This document shows positions 46,730 through 53,968 of a stretch of 53,968 nt of DNA, one piece after another; the first letter of the stretch is position 1, and each line of letters begins with the position of its first letter. Source of the stretch: Octopus bimaculoides (Eukaryota); assembly GCF_001194135.2 (NCBI RefSeq), contig NC_068994.1:52568879-52622846 (forward strand), written 5' to 3'. The notes beneath the pieces were generated by a model that was given only the letters and a program-made list of their open reading frames with translations, ran no database searches and was not told the origin of the DNA. Position numbers and translations under genes: made by a program.

Positions 46730-47547
46730 AGGCAATTGATGAGACTTGAAAATGTGTAGCAAGATCGTTGTTTTCGATGTGCCCCTGCTTGGACATGTTG
46801 TAAGAACTTTAACAAGTAAAAGAATAAATAAATGTCGTATATTTTATTATTATTTATGAGACGCCGCAGTTCATTTGCCAAATCATTGTTTTTTCTTCTT
46901 TTATCTCATTCGCTTTCCTTATTTTCCGTTTCCTAAGTTCCTTCGGTGTTTCTATTGACTATTGCGTTAAGCATGGTATCTTTTCCATATTTTGTATTGT
47001 GATCAATGGCATTGTTCGATCTGTCCATCCTTTTGTCCTTTTTGTCAATTTTGATATTTTATCCAATTTCATTAAATTGTTATTCGTTTGTTTCATTCCT
47101 TTATCGAATATGTCCTAGACTTGTCTGAAGTAAATATCATTATTCTTTTGTGTTCTCTATTATTATTCTTGTGTTCTAACTATATTGCAATACCTTTCCA
47201 CTGGTTCATTTGTTAGTCATATTATAGTTCCTGATCGACTTCACCTGTTGTTATATTGAATTCGATCATCTTCTGTCTCTACTAATATGGCTTTTGCTGT
47301 GTTTACGAGTACAAATGTCAGTTCTTGCTATGGAAAATAATTTTAAAACATAAATCTACTCTGTTGTCTGCAGTGCGAAAACTTCAGTTTATCTATATTT
47401 TTAAGTAATTATGAATTCGTTTTTTGTGTTGCACACTTCACCTACTCACACATGCACACATCACAAGCACACAAATACGTTCTCCCCATACACACATATG
47501 TATACATACATACACACACACACACATATATATATATACACACCCAC

Positions 47548-47612
<65 letters not shown>

Positions 47613-47945
47613 NNNNNNNNNNNNNNNNNNNNNNNNNNNNNNNNNNNNNNNNNNNNNNNNNNNNNNNNNNNNNNNNNNNNNNNNNNNNNNNNNNNNNNNN
47701 NNNNNNNNNNNNNNNNNNNNNNNNNNNNNNNNNNNNNNNNNNNNNNNNNNNNNNNNNNNNNNNNNNNNNNNNNNNNNNNNNNNNNNNNNNNNNNNNNNNN
47801 NNNNNNNNNNNNNNNNNNNNNNNNNNNNNNNNNNNNNNNNNNNNNNNNNNNNNNNNNNNNNNNNNNNNNNNNNNNNNNNNNNNNNNNNNNNNNNNNNNNN
47901 NNNNNNNNNNNNNNNNNNNNNNNNNNNNNNNNNNNNNNNNNNNNN

Positions 47946-47987
<42 letters not shown>

Positions 47988-48375
47988 CGCGTGTGTGTGT
48001 GTACACATAATATATATTATAGATTTATAGATAAAACCATTTTGATTCAGAATCTTCGGTACTCTGAGTTTGAAGTACGTTGCTAGTCTTCGGCTATGCA
48101 AAACAAAAGGAAGCAAAAAGTGGGGACTTTCGTTCGATGAATATTTAAGTATAAATATACAAATACTTATGTTAATAGATCCAACTTACAGAGATCATAA
48201 ACGACAGAAAAATTTTAAAGGGTAAAAGAGAGGTGTTATAAGTCAAACAACTGTTTCTGGGTGTTTGGAGATCCAGAAAATTGTTGGTAGATGCATTTCA
48301 ACACAACATGTGGCCGAAGGTGAAATCAATCAGCATTTATTTAGAAGAGACTCTGTCATCAGCCACTAGATTACG

Positions 48376-48599
48376 AGGACGTAAACACACGAGCATCGGT
48401 TGTCAAGCGATGGATGGGGGACAAACAGAGACACAAACACACACATATATATGCTTATAGATACGACAGGCTTCATTCAGTTTCCGTCTTCCAAATCCAC
48501 TCAAAAGGCTTTGGTCGGCCCGAGGCTATAGTAGAAGACACTTGCCCGGAATCATGTGTTTGGTTAGCAAGCTACTTACCACACAACCACTCCCGCACC

Positions 48600-48600
<1 letters not shown>
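48376..48600 (-). mobile_element. SINE family B with internal deletion, 3'-truncated
   Basis: ggttgtcaagcgatgg..tttccgtcttccaaatccactc..ggcccgaggctatagtagaagacacttgccc..agcaagctacttaccacacaaccactcc. Confidence 0.9.
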
Positions 48601-48692
<92 letters not shown>

Positions 48693-49032
48693 TAGATAAA
48701 TATATATAATAATGTATATGTAAAGATATAGAGATTGGGTGAGGAGTGATGACGGAGAGACAAAGTAAAATGAATAGATGTACTAACAAATTATGTAACA
48801 CAGCAGAGTGTATATGATTCAATTCTCTCACTATAAAGTTACATTTCAAGATTGGCTTCAAATCAAACGTGGTGTTGCAACCCCTTGGAGAGGATATGCT
48901 GATTTAGCAAGCACGCGTTTATGATTTTGACGCATTTGGGTAATATTCAATTTCGTTGAAACTGCTGTTAAACACACCGTGCTTGTTCTGACAGCTTCTT
49001 GATTTAAAATATACATACATTCATAGATGCAT

Positions 49033-49065
<33 letters not shown>

Positions 49066-49414
49066 NNNNNNNNNNNNNNNNNNNNNNNNNNNNNNNNNNN
49101 NNNNNNNNNNNNNNNNNNNNNNNNNNNNNNNNNNNNNNNNNNNNNNNNNNNNNNNNNNNNNNNNNNNNNNNNNNNNNNNNNNNNNNNNNNNNNNNNNNNN
49201 NNNNNNNNNNNNNNNNNNNNNNNNNNNNNNNNNNNNNNNNNNNNNNNNNNNNNNNNNNNNNNNNNNNNNNNNNNNNNNNNNNNNNNNNNNNNNNNNNNNN
49301 NNNNNNNNNNNNNNNNNNNNNNNNNNNNNNNNNNNNNNNNNNNNNNNNNNNNNNNNNNNNNNNNNNNNNNNNNNNNNNNNNNNNNNNNNNNNNNNNNNNN
49401 NNNNNNNNNNNNNN

Positions 49415-49476
<62 letters not shown>

Positions 49477-49990
49477 ATATGTATATGTATATATATAACA
49501 TCTTGTGGTATAGATTTGGTATTTCATGCATGAGAAAATTGGCTCGAGAGAATTTACTAATTGCGTATAAATCTATTTTTCTTTAATTTTATTAGACATA
49601 AATATGGATTTCAAATTATTACATGTGTACCTAATAACTACGTTAATATTATGCGTATGTCATAAAGGATTTTCTTCACTACATTTTTCGCAGGAGAAAG
49701 AACATAAAATTGTATTGTGCTTTTTGACAGAGAGGCTTGTTGCACACTAGTAACTATTACTCTGCTTAGAAACGTGTTTTGATGACGACAAATTTGCCGA
49801 ATTGACATTTAGGGACTAGAGCATATTTGAGGCAATTTTTAGAGAGTGTGTGAGAGAAAACGATATGCTTACCATCAAAACTATCCATCTTCCATTTGTC
49901 AATTTACAGCTAGTTTCTGATGTTTTTTAGCGTTTCCAATTATCAATGATTCCTGTCTTTCCTCATCAACTACTACCCTATTAAATATAT

Positions 49991-50398
49991 AGGAGCAGGA
50001 GTGGCTGTGTGGTAAGTAGCTTGTATACCAACCTAGATGGTAATGGGTTCAGTCCCACTGCGTGGCACCTTGGGCATCTGTCTTCTACTATAGCCTCGGG
50101 CCGTCCAAAACCTTGTGAATGGATTTTGTAGACGGAAACTGGAAGAAGCCCGTCATATATGTATATATATACGTGTGTGTGTGTGTATTTGTGTGTTTGT
50201 GTTTGTCCCCACCAACATCGCTTGACAACTGATGCTGGTGTGCTTATGTCTCCGTAATATTAGCGGTTCGACAAAATAGACCGATAGAATAAGTACTAGG
50301 CTTACAAAGAATACGCTCTTGGGTCGATTTGCTCGACTAAAGGCTGTGCTCCATCCAGCATGGCCGCGGTGAAATGACTGAAAACAAGTAAAAGAATA
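49991..50398 (+). mobile_element. SINE family B (CORE-type, OR-SINE-like), full length
   Basis: A box TGGCTGTGTGG, B box GGTTCAGTCCC, CORE-like ggcaccttgggca..tgtctt, internal (TA/TG)n, 3' tail cagcatggccgcggtgaaatgactgaaaac with A-rich end. Confidence 0.92.
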
Positions 50399-51199
50399 AA
50401 ATAATATTAAAAAAAATTCTCCTAAAAAGAAAATTGAAAATACTTGGAACAATGGTCAATTAGATTAACCAGTAGAAAACGTATGGTGACACTTATGACA
50501 TCGCTGGACTTGCTGTGAAAGTGGCAATTTCAACTCAAACCACGCCTTGCCAGATACATAAAAATGCTGCACAAATTCAGAAAATAACGAAGCTTTTGAG
50601 CAAATGCTTTGATTATAATAGATCTGACTGATAAAGGGTGATCTTTGAGTTAAAACCACCCTATTGATTATGTTTGTCAATATAGTCGTTAGTTACAACG
50701 ATGAAATATATAGTATTTTCTAGATCATGGAATGAACCAAACAAAACTTAGGGCACTGCTATTGTTCTCTTTCTGGTCGTAATATTTGTGACCATAGTTG
50801 CTGCCACTCTTATCTTACTTTCGTTATAGTAGTATTATATTTCTCAGAGTATATTTTCATTATTAACATGGTTTCATAAATATTTGGTTGCTATTTCTTT
50901 TCATGTCGAGAATTTCCTATGGTTGTCCATTTAAATTATTTTTCGTTGATTCGGCACGAAAAGCGCAAAAATAAGCAATAAAACGAGCTACAGGTTAAAA
51001 GGTTATGTTGCATTTAGCTAACAAACTATCAGGGAAAACGTAGTAGAGTAGGTTATAAACAATAAGAAAGAGGATCTTATTGTATGAAGAAAGTCCTGGG
51101 AGTCCAAGCCAGAAGATCAAAATCGTAAAATGGGTTGCGAGACTCAAAATTAAATAAATATCAAAATAAAATCGAAAAATAATGGAAAAAAGGAAGAAA

Positions 51200-51407
51200 C
51201 GGAATATCGATTAACTAACGGAATGAGAAAGAATAAATACAAAGATATGGAAAATATTGACGGAGAAATAGTTCCAAACAACGTAAACTAAAAAAACCTG
51301 TGAATGTAAGAAGAGATTGAATAGTGCAAGTGAGAATGGAAATTATAGGAGTAAACAAACAGAAATGTATGTGTATGAAAAATGCGGCAGACAATGAGAC
51401 AGGGAGG

Positions 51408-51475
<68 letters not shown>

Positions 51476-51830
51476 GGGAGAGAGAGAAATGAGGAGTGAA
51501 GAGGGAAATAGTATATACATGAGAGAGAGAGAGAGACAGAGAGAGAAATGAATATGTTTACATACAAATAAATACATTTAAAAATAAAGGAATTGTTTAA
51601 AAAATATCAGAATGATACGCAGGAAAGAAAGGCGGGATACTGCGAAAGACATTGAGTCTAAAAGAAATATTGAAAAATAGCGAAAGTTATACAAAGCTGA
51701 AGAAACCGTGATTAAGAGAAAGGGCAGGGGAACAAAAAATGAAAAAGAGATACAGACAAACAGAGAAGCAAGCAGACAAGCTGCATGAGAAAGGGGAAAA
51801 GAAAAAAGAGATTCATGGGTTCATTTGCAG
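51200..51830. repeat. Purine-rich tract with a (GA)n core at 51412-51485
   Basis: Direct reading. Confidence 0.85.
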
Positions 51831-52575
51831 TTTCTTTCTGAGACAAACAAAAACGCTTACTTTGGTCAAAGTATCAATCTAAACCAAGAATCGAATTCAA
51901 TGCACTCTTCTGAAGCATTAATCCGAACATTTATTGATTGTGATTAAATATATGTCTTCCTTGTTTAACCGCAATCTGTTACTGGTCCCAGTGTTTGTTC
52001 AACACTATTTGTCTCGTGCTAGATCGTCGGGAGGAAATTGCCGGGTGACAAAACACAACACAGCACACTGACAAACGAAATTAAATATACCGATGATATA
52101 TTTCGATGTTACTTTATCCTTGTTATTTGTTCGTTGGTCTGTAATGGAGATTTATTACGAAGTTGAGTTACGAATTGTAAAAGTTCACGAATTCAGATGG
52201 GTTCGTATGATTTGTAATGACGAAGCTATTGACTTTTTCATGTAAAACCCTTTTGCGAACAGAAAATATATCTTGAAATGTTTATAGTAGTAATACATTC
52301 TATAGGTTTGGTGCTCTTATGAATATTGCTTTATTCTCCTTACTGAAGAAACGGCAACACTACCTTCTGTGTTTGACTTGGGGTCAGAGACATATTTACA
52401 AACTGTAATAAATTAGTTTAGCAGACACAGAGCACCTCAGGTCACCCTGGAGACAGATTAAGCAGGTTTTAAATTCTGCGTTACAAATTAGAGTTAGGAG
52501 AACAATACATATCCGCCTGCAGATATGATATTTAATAGGGCCCAGAGGATTCTTTTATCGTAAACAGAGTATTTA

Positions 52576-52592
52576 AATCTGTTTGGTAAATA

Positions 52593-52650
<58 letters not shown>
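52576..52650. repeat. (TG)n microsatellite
   Basis: Direct reading. Confidence 0.95.
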
Positions 52651-52652
<2 letters not shown>

Positions 52653-52747
52653 AGCCTTAACTTTCACCGATTGTAAACACAATTCGCTGCACGAATTAAC
52701 GAAGAATCTCTCTGCTAATGCGATTTGAGCGTGGTTTTATTGCTAGA

Positions 52748-52810
52748 TACAAGGGGGTACTACTGAAAAGTTCCTGGTTTTATGTGAAAGAAAATACAGG
52801 AACCTTCATC
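52748..52810 (+). mobile_element. Possible solo mariner TIR remnant
   Basis: TA-CAAGGGGGTAC(TAC)TGAAAAGTTCCTGG resembles the left TIR architecture of the 3423 element; short inverted aagttcctg/caggaacctt. Confidence 0.3.
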
Positions 52811-53968
52811 GTCGCAACCGACGGAGTGCCACCAAATAAAATGTACGTGTGTGTGTGTATGTATGTAAAGTAGCAAATTGCAGTACTATCCATGTTATTC
52901 TTACATCATTTACACGAAAAATACTGATCGCGAGAATTGCTTGAGATGAATAAAATAATTTGAGGTGTCATTTGCTTCTCTCATTTCAATATCATACAAG
53001 TTCGACTTCGGCTTTCATTCTTCCAAACGTCAAGAAGCTAACTCTCAATCAAATACTAAGAGATTTTAATCGACTGTTCCCTGCCCTGAAAACCTGTGTC
53101 CTTGCATCTGTTTTTAGAAATCAATTTTTTTATGAGAACTTCATTACTACTCCTTTGATTCAATTATTATTAGAGTTGAGAATCTATAGGGACAGTTATT
53201 TAATGCCAAGCTTCACAGAATGCCAAACTCATTACACTTGTTGGTTATTTATTTTGTACTAAAAGACCGATGTCTTAGGTCTTCTTTTGTTTTTTTGTAA
53301 TTTTCCATAAGATAAATGAAATATTAAGTAGGAGATAGCAGCCTTAATTTAGTGGGCAAAGAAAACTTTAATGAAAAGATATTTCACGAGTAATAAAAAG
53401 AAATTAGTTGTTGTTAATTCATTTCTTTTCCCAGCATGCTATGTAGCATGGGTGAAAATGAAATGCTAACATCTGGAAAATCGTAATTGGCTCACAAATT
53501 CAAATGACTACCGTAATAACTTCAAGCCCATCCTTTTCATTTGAACAACAACATACTAATTATTGATTAAATTGGTGAAAATTCTTTAGAGGAAGGCTCC
53601 AAAGGGAGCGTTAACATATTTCGTCTGTAAATGATGAGCAATGTTATGGCATTAATCAAATTTGGATAATGGCCTTTTGCCTTTAGCTGAAAAGTTTCCA
53701 AACTTATGAAATACAGATATTTGATTTTCCACCAGACTGACGAAGGAAATTTAGCCGGTTACTTTATTAGAAATATTAACACTGGCTTGAAAATGTATGT
53801 TCGAAGGCATATGTATATACAGAAAGACGTGGGTGAAACGGGGAAGTGTATTTTGCCGTAATTCCCTTTAATGTTCATATTGATATTTACTTAAATATAT
53901 GTTCTTTCTCACCTCTCTCTATATACAGATATACTCAAATGTGTACACACACACACATCTGTATATAT

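Overview
AT-rich, repeat-dense eukaryotic intronic or intergenic DNA, probably from an Octopus draft assembly. That assignment is inferred from composition, abundant microsatellites, nine N gaps and the SINE families present. No complete protein-coding gene can be identified with confidence. The window holds decayed transposons: four R4/Rex6/Dong-type (restriction-like endonuclease) LINE fragments, two CR1-like fragments, one RTE fragment, two mariner elements with TIRs (one nested in an old R4-like RT), a possible maT/Tc1 fragment, a possible Helitron, small MITE-like inverted repeats, and about 20 copies of three tRNA-derived SINE families. The most notable signals are: (1) a near-perfect palindrome whose arm folds into a minimal type-I hammerhead ribozyme of the Penelope/retrozyme kind, plus a second hammerhead-like motif 10 kb away; (2) a 3'-terminal stem-loop shared, with compensatory changes, by a CR1-like LINE and a CORE-type SINE; (3) R4-type copies sitting at (AAT)n repeats; (4) minus-strand candidate exons, several of them microexons, from an unidentified host transcript. 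Most long ORFs in the supplied track are artefacts of microsatellites and N gaps.
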